Source: an uncultured Myxococcales bacterium (GTDB taxonomy: Bacteria; Myxococcota_A; UBA9042). Taken from it: a DNA stretch of 64,000 nucleotides. A program made the translations under genes and the position numbers. The notes beneath the pieces were generated by a model. It searched no databases, was not told the DNA's origin, and was given only the letters and a program-made list of their open reading frames with translations. The stretch is taken from contig CAIMLR010000039.1 of assembly GCA_903842345.1 (NCBI GenBank), positions 140,268 to 204,267 of the forward strand, in the 5' to 3' direction. Shown piece after piece: positions 1 through 11,300 of the stretch (position 1 is its first letter; each line of letters starts with the position of its first letter).

Positions 1-228
1 AAGCACGCGGCCGCGCTCGTGTTTTTGACGCCGGAGCCTGCGGAGCACGGTGCGCAACAGGAAAATCAAGGTTTTCTGCAGACTTCCCTGGTGTCCCTGC
101 GTTTGACGGTGACGCGCGATCGCGAGGATCCGCGGCGGCTGCGGCTGGACGTCAAGAAAGACAAGCGGCGTGGCCCGGCGACTTTGCGCGCAGAAGTCAG
201 TGGAGGCCCGGATGGTCTGGAACTCTGA
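1..228 (+). CDS. imuA: ImuA/RecA-like protein, 3' part (truncated by window edge)
   Basis: Frame open from base 1 (KHAAALVFLT...SLVSLRL...KDKRRGP...GPDGLEL). It overlaps the imuB start and precedes imuB-dnaE2, and the C-terminus resembles myxobacterial ImuA. Confidence 0.7.
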   Translation, partial: KHAAALVFLTPEPAEHGAQQENQGFLQTSLVSLRLTVTRDREDPRRLRLDVKKDKRRGPATLRAEVSGGPDGLEL

Positions 229-1795
229 CGCCAAGCGCCTGGCGTGCGTCGACGTGCCGGCGCTGCCGCTGCAATGCCTGGTGCGGCGCGAGCCGGAGCT
301 GGCGAACTTGCCCGCGGTGATTGTCGATGAACTGCATCCACAAGGCGTGGTGCTGTGGAGCAACCGGGCGGCGCGCGCCGCGGGGGTGCGGACGGGCGCG
401 CGCTACGGCCACGCGCTGAGCCTGTGCGCGCAGTTGCGTGCGGGGTTGGTGCCGGATGCGGAACAACAGGCGGCGATCTCCGCGATCGCTGAGTTGCTGC
501 GGACGTTCACGCCGCTTGTGGAGCCGGCACGCCAGGAGCCCGGCGTCTTCTGGCTGGACGCCAATGGCCTCTCGCGCTTCTACCCAGACCTGCCGCTCGC
601 GGCGATCCACGCGCAGTGGAGCGAGGCGATTCGCGGCAAATTGCGCGAGGCGGGCTGGTACGCCGCCGTTGTGCTGGGCTTTGACCGGCTGGCTACCTAC
701 GCGATTGCCCGGCATTTTCACGGCGTGCGCGTGCTCGTCGACCCGCAGCAGGAGGTGCAAACCTGCGCGCGGGTGGCGCTCGCGAGCCTGGGCGCGACCT
801 GGGGCATTGCCCCCAAACTGCGCGATGAACTGGAGCGGCTGGGCGTCGCGACGTTGGGCGATCTGACCAAGCTGCCGGAGACCGCGCTGCGCGAGCGCAT
901 GGGACTGCAGGTGGCGATGCTGCGGCGACGCCTGGCGCATGACGTGCCGATGCCGCTCGCCGCGGAGCTGCCGACGCCTGAGCCCGTGGCGGCGCGCGAC
1001 TTTGAGCCGGCCGACACCAACGCCGAGCGCCTGCTGTTTGCCGCCAAGGGGCTGCTGGCGCAGCTCTTGCCGCTGCTTGTGGCGCGGCGCCAAGCCGTGG
1101 CGCGGCTGGAGGTGCTGCTGGTGCTGGACCACGCCGCGCTGGCCAATGTTCCGCTGCACCTGCAACCGGCCGAACCGACGCTGCAGGAGCTGCAACTGCT
1201 CGACCTGGTGCGACTGGCGCTGGATCGCACGCCGTTGGCGGCCGCGGTCAAGACGCTGCGGCTGGCGTTGCATGGCGTCCCGGCGACGGCGGAGCAGTTG
1301 GCGCTGTGGCAGTTGCAGGGCCAGCGGGATCCGCATGCCGCGGCGCTGGCGCTCGCCCGGCTGCGCGCGCTGTTTGGCGAAGATGCGGTCGTGGCGGCGA
1401 CGGTGCGGTCGGCGTGGCTGCCCGAGGGCCAGTTCGCGTGGCTGCCGCTGCGCAAGCTGCGGATCCAGACGGCGCGCGCGCCGCAGCAGCCGGACAACGT
1501 GATCCGCCTGCCGCAGCAGCCGCCGTTGCAGCTCGTCCGCCGCCTGCTGAGCCAGCCCGCGCGCCTGCCGCCCAAGCCGCCGGGCAATCGACCGTGGCGG
1601 CTCGCGCCGTTTCGCCCTGAGACGGTTGTGCACTTTGACGGTCCGTATCGCCTCGCCGGCGGCTGGTGGCGTTCGATCAGCCAAACCGACCGCTGCCGCG
1701 ACTACGGCTACGCCACGACGGACCGCGGCACGGTGCTCTGGGTGTTCCACGAGCCGGCGCGCGACGCATGGTTCTGCCACGGTTTTTTGGAATGA
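212..1795 (+). CDS. imuB: Y-family DNA polymerase-like protein ImuB
   Basis: ATG at 212 after [13 protein letters not shown]...[13 protein letters not shown]-like N-terminus; C-terminal [10 protein letters not shown]...RDY motif; ATGA overlap with dnaE2. Confidence 0.9.
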   Translation: MVWNSDAKRLACVDVPALPLQCLVRREPELANLPAVIVDELHPQGVVLWSNRAARAAGVRTGARYGHALSLCAQLRAGLVPDAEQQAAISAIAELLRTFTPLVEPARQEPGVFWLDANGLSRFYPDLPLAAIHAQWSEAIRGKLREAGWYAAVVLGFDRLATYAIARHFHGVRVLVDPQQEVQTCARVALASLGATWGIAPKLRDELERLGVATLGDLTKLPETALRERMGLQVAMLRRRLAHDVPMPLAAELPTPEPVAARDFEPADTNAERLLFAAKGLLAQLLPLLVARRQAVARLEVLLVLDHAALANVPLHLQPAEPTLQELQLLDLVRLALDRTPLAAAVKTLRLALHGVPATAEQLALWQLQGQRDPHAAALALARLRALFGEDAVVAATVRSAWLPEGQFAWLPLRKLRIQTARAPQQPDNVIRLPQQPPLQLVRRLLSQPARLPPKPPGNRPWRLAPFRPETVVHFDGPYRLAGGWWRSISQTDRCRDYGYATTDRGTVLWVFHEPARDAWFCHGFLE

Positions 1796-4700
1796 CGTCG
1801 CCGTATGTGCCGCTGTGGGTCAAGACCCACTTCAGCTTTCTGGAAGGGGCCTCGCGGCCCGACGAACTCGTCGAACGCGCGCATGCCCTGGGTCTGCCGG
1901 CGCTGGCGGTGACGGATCGCGATGGCGTCCCGGGGATCGTGCGGGCGCACGAGGCGGCGAAAGATCTGGGGCTGAAGCTGCTGTTTGGCTCGCAGCTGAC
2001 GGTCGCGAACACGCTGCCGGACGTGCCGCTGCTGCTGCCGGAGCACATCGCCGCCGCGCAGCCGCAGACGCCGGTGTTGCTGGCGATGAACCGCGCGGGC
2101 TATGGCAACCTGTGCCGCTTGGCGACGCTGGGCCGGCGGCGGAGCCAGAAAGGTGGCGCGCTGAACAGTTGGCAGGAGCTGGCGACCCACGCCGATGGCC
2201 TGCTGCTGCTGATGCACCAACCACCGGACGATCTGCGCGCGCCGTGGCTGCAGGACATCGCCGCGGCTTTTGGCGATCGCGCGTACGGGCTGTGCGCGCG
2301 CCACGGCGAGGAAGTGGACAAGCCGCGCGAACGGCAGATGCGGCGGCTCCTGGCGCACTGCGGTTGGCAAGGCGTCGCGGGGCGCGAAGTGCTGTACCAC
2401 GACGCCGCGCGCCGGCGGCTGCAGGACGTGCTGACGTGCATTCGCCTCGGCCTGACGCTGGACAGCGCCGGGCAGCACCTCAAGTCCAACGCCGCGCACG
2501 ATCTGCTGGCGCCCGACGCGTTTGCCCAGCTGTTCCGCGACGAGCCGTCCTGGCTGCAGCAAACCCGGGCGGTGGCGGACCGTTGCCAATTTTCGCTGAA
2601 CGAGCTGCGCTACGTCTACCCGTTGGCGCGGCTGCCCGATGGCACGACGACCGCGGCGCACTTTGAGCGGCTGAGCTGGCAAGGCGCGGCGTGGCGCTAT
2701 CCGCAGGGCGTGCCGGACGACGTGCGCGCGCAGCTGTCCAGGGAACTCGCGCTGATTCACCAACTCGACTACGCGGGCTATTTCCTGACAATGTGGGAGA
2801 TCGTGCAGTTCTGCAACAAACAGGGGATTCTGTGCCAAGGACGCGGCTCGGCGGCCAATTCCGTCGTCTGCTACGTGCTGGGCATCACGGCGATTGACCC
2901 GGTGCGCATGGGGCTGCTGTTTGAGCGGTTCCTGTCGCTGGAGCGCGCGGAGCCGCCGGACATCGACCTGGACATCGAGCATGAGCGGCGCGAAGAGGTG
3001 ATCCAGCACGTCTATGGCCGCTACGATCCGCTGCATCCGGCGGCCAAAAACGCCGACGATCCCGCGGCGTGTGTCCAAACCGGGCGGTCGCACGCGGCGA
3101 TGGTCTGCAACGTCATCCGTTTTCGCGGCAAGTCGGCGATCCGCGAGGTGGGCAAGGTGCTGGGCATTCCGGAGACGGACCTGGACCGCGCGTCGCGCTT
3201 TGTGTCGTCGTGGGGCGAGGACATCGACGCGGCGCAGCTGAAGACCGCGGGGTTTGCCCTGGAGTCGCAGTCGCACCGGCTGCTGTTGGAGTTGGCCAAC
3301 GAGATCCAGGATTTTCCGCGGCATCTGGGCATCCATCCCGGCGGTTTCCTGCTGGGCCACGAGCCGATCGACACGCTGGTGCCGATTGAGAACGCGACGA
3401 TGGAGGCGCGCACCGTTATCCAGTGGGACAAAAACGACGTGGAGGCGCTGGGGCTGTTCAAGGTGGATTTGCTGGGGCTCGGCATGCTGGCGCAGGTGCA
3501 CCGCTGCCTGGACTTGCTCAAGGAAAGCAAAAAGCTCGAGCTGACGATGGCGACAATCCCGGCGGAAGATCCGGCGACGTACGCGATGATCAGCCGCGGC
3601 GACACGGTGGGCGTGTTCCAGATCGAGAGCCGCGCGCAGATGGCGATGCTGCCGCGCCTGCAGCCGCGGACGTTTTACGATCTGGTGGTGGAGGTCGCGA
3701 TCGTGCGGCCGGGGCCGATTACCGGCGGCATGGTGCACCCGTACCTGCGGCGGCGGCAGGGCAAGGAAAAAGTCGAGTACCCGCACGCGTGCCTGGAGCC
3801 CGTGCTGGCGAAAACGCTGGGCGTGCCGCTGTTTCAGGAGCAGGTGATGCGGCTGGCGATGGTGGCGGCGGACTACACGCCGGGCGAGGCGGACCAGCTG
3901 CGGCGGGACATGGCGGCGTGGCGACGCTCCGGCGCGATCGAAAAGCACCACGAGAAGCTGACGACGCGCATGGTGCAGAAGGGCATCGCGGCGGAATTCG
4001 CCGAGCGCGTGTTCCAGCAAATCCGCGGCTTTGGCGAATACGGCTTTCCTGAGAGCCACGCGGCGTCGTTCGCGTTGATTTCCTACGTGACGGCGTGGCT
4101 GAAGTGCCACCATCCGGCGGAGTTCACCTGCGCGCTCCTGAACGCGTGGCCAATGGGCTTCTACTCGCCGGCGACGCTTGTTGAGGACGCCAAGCGCCAC
4201 GGGCTGACGATCCTGCCGATCGACGTCCTGCGATCGGCGTGGGATTGCACGCTGGAGAGCGGCGCGGTGCGGATGGGCCTGAAATTCGTGCACGGGCTGA
4301 CTGTGCTGCACCGCGCGCGGCTGGAGATGGCGCCGGCGCCGTATGCGGATCTCGACGCTTTTGTGCGGCAAACCCGCTTGGACAAACGCGCGCTGGATGC
4401 GCTGGCGGAAGTGGGCGCGCTGGATGGACTGAGCGTCGATCGCCGGCAAGCGCTGTGGCAGGTGCGGGCGCTTGCGCATCGGACGCGCGAGCCGCTGCTG
4501 CTCGCCCAGGACGAGACACTGCCGCTGTTTGCGCCGCTGGGCCTGAGCGGCGCGATTGGCTGGGACTACCGGCGCAGCGGCCTCTCCACGCGCGGCCATC
4601 CGCTCCAGCCCTTGCGCCAGGCGCTGGCCGAACGCCGTCTGCCGACCGCGCACGACATCAACCGGATGCGCACGGGCAAGCGCGTGCGGTTTGTCGGTCT

Positions 4701-4959
4701 TGTGATCTGCCGGCAAAGCCCGGGAACGGCGAGCGGCGTGACGTTCTTTACCCTGGAAGATGAAACGGGTTTCTGCAACCTTGTGGTCTGGAAGGACATC
4801 ATGGCGCGCTTTCGCGTCGTGGCCCGCACGGCCAGCCTGCTGGGCGTAACGGGCCACATCCAGGCGGAAGACGGCGTGGTGCACCTGATCGCGGACACCC
4901 TGTGGACGCCAGAAATCGCCCAACCCGTGAGCGCACCGCGGAGCCGGGACTTCCACTAG
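1792..4959 (+). CDS. dnaE2: Error-prone DNA polymerase DnaE2 (ImuC)
   Basis: PHP motif [48 protein letters not shown] fold, and the C-terminal SRDFH hallmark of DnaE2. Confidence 0.97.
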   Translation: MTSPYVPLWVKTHFSFLEGASRPDELVERAHALGLPALAVTDRDGVPGIVRAHEAAKDLGLKLLFGSQLTVANTLPDVPLLLPEHIAAAQPQTPVLLAMNRAGYGNLCRLATLGRRRSQKGGALNSWQELATHADGLLLLMHQPPDDLRAPWLQDIAAAFGDRAYGLCARHGEEVDKPRERQMRRLLAHCGWQGVAGREVLYHDAARRRLQDVLTCIRLGLTLDSAGQHLKSNAAHDLLAPDAFAQLFRDEPSWLQQTRAVADRCQFSLNELRYVYPLARLPDGTTTAAHFERLSWQGAAWRYPQGVPDDVRAQLSRELALIHQLDYAGYFLTMWEIVQFCNKQGILCQGRGSAANSVVCYVLGITAIDPVRMGLLFERFLSLERAEPPDIDLDIEHERREEVIQHVYGRYDPLHPAAKNADDPAACVQTGRSHAAMVCNVIRFRGKSAIREVGKVLGIPETDLDRASRFVSSWGEDIDAAQLKTAGFALESQSHRLLLELANEIQDFPRHLGIHPGGFLLGHEPIDTLVPIENATMEARTVIQWDKNDVEALGLFKVDLLGLGMLAQVHRCLDLLKESKKLELTMATIPAEDPATYAMISRGDTVGVFQIESRAQMAMLPRLQPRTFYDLVVEVAIVRPGPITGGMVHPYLRRRQGKEKVEYPHACLEPVLAKTLGVPLFQEQVMRLAMVAADYTPGEADQLRRDMAAWRRSGAIEKHHEKLTTRMVQKGIAAEFAERVFQQIRGFGEYGFPESHAASFALISYVTAWLKCHHPAEFTCALLNAWPMGFYSPATLVEDAKRHGLTILPIDVLRSAWDCTLESGAVRMGLKFVHGLTVLHRARLEMAPAPYADLDAFVRQTRLDKRALDALAEVGALDGLSVDRRQALWQVRALAHRTREPLLLAQDETLPLFAPLGLSGAIGWDYRRSGLSTRGHPLQPLRQALAERRLPTAHDINRMRTGKRVRFVGLVICRQSPGTASGVTFFTLEDETGFCNLVVWKDIMARFRVVARTASLLGVTGHIQAEDGVVHLIADTLWTPEIAQPVSAPRSRDFH

Positions 4960-4995
4960 GCGAGAAGCGCCGCAGCGCGAGAATCAGGGTTTCGG

Positions 4996-5069
4996 TCGGG
5001 GAGACAGGATTCGAACCTGCGACATCCTGCTCCCAAAGCAGGCGCGCTACCGGACTGCGCTACTCCCCG
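4996..5069 (-). tRNA. tRNA-Pro (anticodon TGG)
   Basis: Reverse complement is CGGGGAGTAGCGCAGTCCGGTAGCGCGCCTGCTTTGGGAGCAGGATGTCGCAGGTTCGAATCCTGTCTCCCCGA. It folds as a cloverleaf with anticodon arm CCTGC-TTTGGGA-GCAGG and T-loop TTCGAAT. It is followed by CCG, so CCA is not encoded. Confidence 0.97.
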
Positions 5070-5208
5070 TTACTTACACAGACACCTTGACTCAGGCCCC
5101 CTTACCCTTCCGGGGAAGGGGGTGCGGGGGATGGGGTACGCCAACACTGCGCTCCCAAAGCAGGCGCGCTACCGGACTGCGCTACTCCCCGTTACTTGTA
5201 CAGACACC
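5029..5208. repeat. 58-bp direct repeat (5029-5086 and 5151-5208) containing the 5' half of tRNA-Pro plus leader
   Basis: gctcccaaagcaggcgcgctaccggactgcgctactccccgttactt(ac/gt)acagacacc, 56/58 identical. Confidence 0.95.
5096..5136. repeat. REP-like GC-rich palindrome between the tRNA repeats
   Basis: cccccttacccttccggggaagggggtgcgggggatgggg forms an imperfect hairpin with a G-rich tail. Confidence 0.55.
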
Positions 5209-5280
5209 GTTGCACACACCCGCTCCAGTGACGGTGCGGGGCGCGGAGCATCGCCGAGTCTGGAGGGGAACGTCAAGCGA

Positions 5281-5323
5281 AACTGCCGCTCCTGGACCGC
5301 AAAGCGCGCGGGCCAGGAGCGGC
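5281..5323 (-). terminator. Stem-loop downstream of the giant lipoprotein gene
   Basis: 11-bp inverted repeat gccgctcctgg (5285-5295) / ccaggagcggc (5313-5323) just after the stop; only a short U tract. Confidence 0.5.
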
Positions 5324-5334
5324 GTCGCATTCTC

Positions 5335-8300
5335 TTACCAACCGCTGCGGCCCTGGTCGTTGCGCTGGGCAGGATACAGACCGTTGGACACTTCCAAGGA
5401 GTACGGCGCGCAGATGGCCGCATCCGTGCCGGTCGGGCGGTAGATGTGAATCGCGTACCACGCGCTGTCATCCGCGCAGCGGCGCAAATCGTAGCCGTAC
5501 GGGAACGCGCCGTGGCCGGTGTAGGCATTGGGCGCGATGTACGAGGCGTTGGCATACCAGTACGCAGCGTAGCCGGTCGTCGGCGCGTTGTAGCAGTTGC
5601 TGCCGTTGTTCGGATACGCCTGGCAGTTACCCGTGTCATACGAGTCGCCGCTCCAGCACGGGAACTCGCCGTACTCCGACAAGGCGTTCGAGAACTGGTA
5701 GCTGCCGCCGCGGTACGTGTTGCCCGACGTGTACCACCAGAAATCGGTGTCACCGCAGCAAACCTGGTTCCAGCCAGCCGGCGTCGAGGAACTCGGCGCA
5801 GCGTAACCAGACGGCGTCGGCGTGAACCACGCGGGCTTGCCCGCACCGTTCTGGAACTGGACCGCGTTCGCACCAGCGCTGCCGGGGCAGAGCTGCGACG
5901 TCGACGAGCCACGGAAGACTTCCATGACCGCACTCGTCGGGTTGGACGGGAACCACGCGCGGACCGTGTACAGGTCGTACTGCAGGTTCACGCCGTAATC
6001 CGCCGCGTCAGCCGCGTAGAAGTAGTACCAGTCGTTGTCCGTTCCCAGGATGAGCGAACCCGAGATCGTCGCCTTCTGACCGTAGTTGCCGCCGCCCATG
6101 TTCAGGTTACCAAGGTCCGACAACGTGTTGCCCAAAGCCGGCGCAAGCTGGACGCCTGGGCAGGTGTTGTTGGCGGGCTCAAACGCGTCGTTGACATTGC
6201 ACTCGCAACCGTCGCTGCAGCCCGTCTGCCCGACGTTGCAAGGCAGCGCCGTGCCGTTGGTGTTCGCGAAGCCAGCCGCGCACGCCGTCACTTGGCAGAC
6301 GCCGGCGGTGCACGCCACCGTGGCATTGTTCGCCGCGCCGGAGAGCGGACCCGCGCCCGACGTGCACCAGTTGGCCGCATTGTCGTCGACGACGCCATTG
6401 CAGTTCTGATCCACGCCGTCGCAGCTTTCCGTCGCGCCCGGGTTGACCGAAGCCACCGAGTCGTTGCAGTCGCCACCGCCCTTCGTGCAGACCGTGGGCA
6501 GGCCCTTGGTGACCTTGGCCGAATCACAGTACGTGTCGCCGTCCTTGTCGCAGAGCTCGTCCACGCCGGTCACGCAGTTGTTGTCCAAGCCGTCGCACCA
6601 TTCCGCGTGCGTCGGGAACGCATCCGCGCCGCCAGCAGCCGGGTTGTCATTGCAGTCCAACGTCGTGCCCGCCGTCGGCGTGCCGCCCAACAAGAGCGCG
6701 CCATTTTGGGCAACCGTGTAGAGCAAGCTCTGCAGGTTGTTGGCGCACATGCACTGGGACGAGTTGATCGGGTAGCCGTCCTGGTCACCGTCAAAGAAGT
6801 AGTTGACGCAACCGCTGGCGTTCTGCTCGTCCGTCGCGCCGTTGCAGTTGTTGTCCAAGCTGTCACCGCAAAGCTCCAGCTTGCCCGGATTGATGCTCAG
6901 ACCCGTAGCGCCGGCCGTGTCATTGCAGTCGCCGCCGCCGAGGTTGCACGAAGCCGGCGTGCCAACCGTGACAAGGTTCTTGTCGCAGTAATGGTCGCCG
7001 TCCTTGTCGCAGTTCTCGTCCGTCGACGCGTTGCAGTTGTTGTCGAGGCCGTCGCACATTTCCGTCATGCCCGGGTTGACGTTCTTGGTCGTGTCGTCGC
7101 AGTCGTTGCCGACCAAGGACGCAGCCGGCGTCAGCGCGCACGCCGTGACGGTGACCGCGGTCTTCGTCATGGTCGCATCGCAGTAGCCGTCCTTGTCGTC
7201 GTCGCAACCTTCGTCCGTGACGCCGTTGCAGTTATTGTCCTTGTTGTCGCAGACCTCGGTCACGCCGCCGCCCTTGATGGCCGGATTCGTGTCGTCGCAG
7301 TCGTTGACCGTCTGCGAGCTGTACGTGCCCGTCGCGCGGCACCAGCACTGCGGCTGCGCAGCAACGCCCCAGCCGTCGCCGTCCGTGTCGTTGTAGAACG
7401 TCAGGCAGTTCTTGCCGTTCTGGTTGTTGTCGGTGCCGTCGCAGTTCTCGTCCACGCCAGGCGTCGCGCAGTCTTCGACAATGGCCGCACCCGGGTGGAT
7501 GTTGGCCGCGCCGTCGTTGCAGTCATTGCCAACCGCGCCCGTGCCCGTGCCGGAAGAAACGCACGTCGAGACGAGCACGCCGCTGGCGATGATGGCCGTG
7601 TTGGCGCAGTAGTCGTCGTTGTCGACGTCGCAGACTTCATCGATGCCGCCGACGCAGTTGTTGTCGACGTTGTCGCAGACTTCAACCGCACCCACGTAGA
7701 CCGCAGCGTTGTTGTCGTTGCAGTCGTCGCCGGTCGCGGTGGTGGAGCCTGTGGGGAACGGGCTGTTGCTGATGCAGAGCGCCGTCGCAGTGACCAGCTT
7801 GCCGACCGCACAGTGCTTGTCGTTGTCCACGTCGCAGTTTTCGTCAATCGTCACGACGCCGCTCGCCGCGGGTGTGATGACCGTGGTCAACCGGACGTCA
7901 ACGTTGAACACGCCAGCCGAACCGAACGCGGCGTACGTACCCGACGTAGGCAGCGCGCCGCCGGCCGCAGCGAACGAAGCGTAACCGTTCGGGTACGCGC
8001 TCGTGGCGTCGCTGGTGCCGGTCGTGTTGCGCTCAAACGTGCCACCGGTAACGGTCGCCTGTGGGTGGAAAACGACGTAGTAGACGTCATTCGTCGCCAA
8101 GGAGACCACGCCCGAGGCGATGGGGAACGTCGCAGCGCTCAGACCATTGGCCGTGACCGTCTGCGTGACCTTGGTGATCTGCGTGCCGACGCCAGGCGCG
8201 CCGCCCTTGAAGATGAACAGATCCACCGCGGAGGCGACGTTCACGGTATTGATGTAAATCGTCACCGAGGTGAGCGAGCCCGTGTTGGCCGCCTTCAAGG

Positions 8301-11300
8301 CCTGCGCGACGTAGTTGTTCAGCGAGTTCGTGCCCGGCGTCGCCAGACCCGGAATCACCACGTCGTTGACCGGCGTACCGCTGGCACCGACGTTGCAGTT
8401 GTTGTCGAGGCCGTCGCAGATCTCCGTCGCGCCCGGGTTGACCGTGGCCTTGGTGTCATCGCAGTCGCCCGTGATGCTCGCGGAGTAGTTCGGCACCGCG
8501 CCGACCGCCGACTGACGGCACTCGCAGACAGACGCCGCGGCGTTGCTGCCGTAGCCATCCTGGTCCGCGTCGACGTACCACGCGGTGCAGTTCGCCGCGC
8601 CAACTTCGTTGGTCAAGCCGTTGCAGTTGTCATCATACGCGGTGCTGCAATCTTCAGCGCGGCCGGGGTTGATGAGGTTGTTCGCGTCGTTACAGTCGCC
8701 GCCGCCGTTGGGGCACTTGCCGCCAGCCGACTGAACGCCATTGCAGTAGCCGTCGCCGTCCAGATCGTTGCAGCCTTCGTCCGTCCCGCCAACGCAGTTG
8801 TTGTCGATGCTGTCGCACAGTTCGACGGCACCCGGGTTGATGGTTGCACTGGAGTCGTTGCAGTCGCCGCCGCCAAAGATGCAAGCCGCCGGAGTGCCAA
8901 CGGTCGTCAGCGCCGCGTCGCAGTACTTGTCGCCGTCCTTGTCGCAGCTCTCGTCCGTCGTGCCGTTGCAGTTGTTGTCAACGCCGTCGCAGATTTCCGT
9001 CTTGCCCGGGTACACCGACGAGTTGGCGTCGTTGCAGTCCGTGCCGGAGCCCGCGGAAGCCTGGTTGAAGCAAGCCGTGCCCGCGCCGAAGCCGCCTGCC
9101 GCGACCGTCTTGGTCGTGGCGCAGTAGCCGTCCTTGTCCGCGTCGCAGCCGTCGTCCGTCACGCCATCGCAATTGTTGTCGATGCCGTCGCAGATTTCCG
9201 TGCCACCCGGATTCGCCGACGCCGCGTTATCGTTGCAGTCGTCGCCGAGCTTGGTGCTGCCCACGGCAGGTTTGGTCGTCTTCGTGCACGTCGCCGTCGA
9301 CGTGATGTACATCGTCGCGTCGCAGTACAGATCCGCGTCGTCATCGCAGCCTTCGTCAACCGTCGTGCCGGCGCCCGTGACCCCGACGTTGACGTTGATC
9401 TGCAGGTCCGCGGGACCAGCGTACGCCGAGTAGGCGCCCGTCAGCGTGGCAGCAAAAGACTCTGTACCGCTGGCGTACGGATTGGTGTTGTTGTCCGAAA
9501 TCAGCTGACCGGTCGCAGTGGTCGTGTGGAAGATCAACCCGTACGTCGCGCCCGCGGTCACGTTGATCGCGCCGGAGATCGTGAACGTCACCTTGGTCGC
9601 GGAGCCATAGGTCGGCACCGAGATGGTCTGGGTCGTGCCGATCTGCACGCCGCCCGCGGTCGGCAGACCGAGGGTGTAGACGAACATGTCCAGGTTGATG
9701 GTCTGCGTCGTCTTCACGTACACATCCACGCTGCTGAGTTGACCGGTGTGCTGCGCGACAAACGTCTGGCCAACAAAGTTGGTCAGCGAGTGCGTGACCA
9801 GCGTCGAGACCGGCTGCGTCACGTCAGCGAAGTACGTCGTACCGCCGGTCACGTTGCAGTTGTTGTCAATCGCGTCGCAGATTTCCGTCGCGCCCGGGTT
9901 GACCGACACCTTGGTGTCGTCGCAGTCGCCCGCCGCCGAAGCGACGTATTGGCCCTGCGCCGCGCACTGGCACTGATTCGCCGCGCTGTTGGCGCCGTAG
10001 CCGTCCAGGTCCGCATCCTTGTAGAACGGAATGCAGTTGGCCGCGCCGACGTCATTGGTCGTGCCGTTGCAGTTGTCGTCGTACGCGGTCAAGCAGTCCT
10101 CGGTCTTCAGCGGGCTGACGTTGGCGTTCGTGTCGTCACAGTCCGTGTTGAGGAGCGAGGTGTACTTGCCGGTCGCCACGCAGACGCACTGCGAGACGTT
10201 GACGCCGACGCCGTCGGAGTCGCCGTCCCAGTAGTAGTTGATGCAGCCGCTGCCGCCGACGCTGCCCGCGACGCCGTCGCAGTTGAAGTCCGTGGCGTTG
10301 CCACAGATATCGGTCGCGTTCGGGTGAACGGCGCTGTTCGTGTCGTTGCAGTCGCCGCCGCCACTCGGGCAGATGGTCGGCGAGCCGATGGTCGTCATGG
10401 TCGAATCGCAGTAGCCGTCGCCGTCGTCGTCACAACCTTCATCGGCGATGCCGTTGCAGTTGTTGTCGATGCCGTCGCAGAGTTCCGGCAGACCGGGGCT
10501 CGCCAGGTAGTTGCCGTCGTCGCAGTCGCCGCCCTTGCTGGAGGTGTACGGTGCCACGCCGGTGCACAGGCACTGGCCCGCGCCGCTGAGCGACAGGGTG
10601 CGCAAGAACGTGACGAACGAGGTGTTCTTGCCGCCGTTCGGCTGGCCCGGCGTGCCGGAGCCGCCCGCCACGTAGTTGGTTGCCACATCGACGCCAGAAA
10701 TGTCGCCGACAAACTGCACGTACGGCACAGCGACGGTCGGTGCCGTGTTGATCTGCGCCTTGCCGAAGCCGGGCTTGGCCGTCGACCACGCCCACGAGTC
10801 GATCGACGTCGTGCCGCTCAGGCTCGTGTCGACCCACGCCACGTCCGCGCCTGCGAAGTCGGCGCCACTCGCGTCGGTCAGCACATACGCGCCGTCGGTG
10901 TAGAGCTGGAGGTTCCAGTCGCCGGTCGCCGGGTTGTACGCCGTGTCTTCCGTGCCGATGATGCCCTTACCGCCCACGTTGATGATCGTGCCGGCCTTCA
11001 GGGTCGTGATGCCGAGCGCTCCGAGGTTCAGGTGGAAGGCGCCAACCTTGGCTGCGCCACTCGTCGACGAGTCGCCGAAGTAGATCGTCGCCAGGTCGGT
11101 GATGGTCCAGTCAGCCGTGACGAGGATTTCCATCGAATCCTGCGCCGTGGAGCCCGCGAACGTCGTCGACGAGTAGTGGATCTCGTTGATGACGGCCTTC
11201 TGGAAGGAGCTCGAGCCCTTGCCGTAGGTGTCGCCGTCGTAGTCCGCGAAGAACTGCGTGCAGCCTTGGGCGTTCAGGTCGTTGTAACCGCCGGAGCAGT

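Noticed and set aside
1708..4956. 1082-aa minus-strand ORF, and similar long antisense ORFs (e.g. 42463-45216, 56258-58726, 29708-31873)
   Set aside because: They overlap clearly identified genes on the other strand, which is expected in high-GC DNA.
4960..5335. Prophage or integrative element at tRNA-Pro
   Set aside because: No integrase, phage or transposase gene anywhere in the window.
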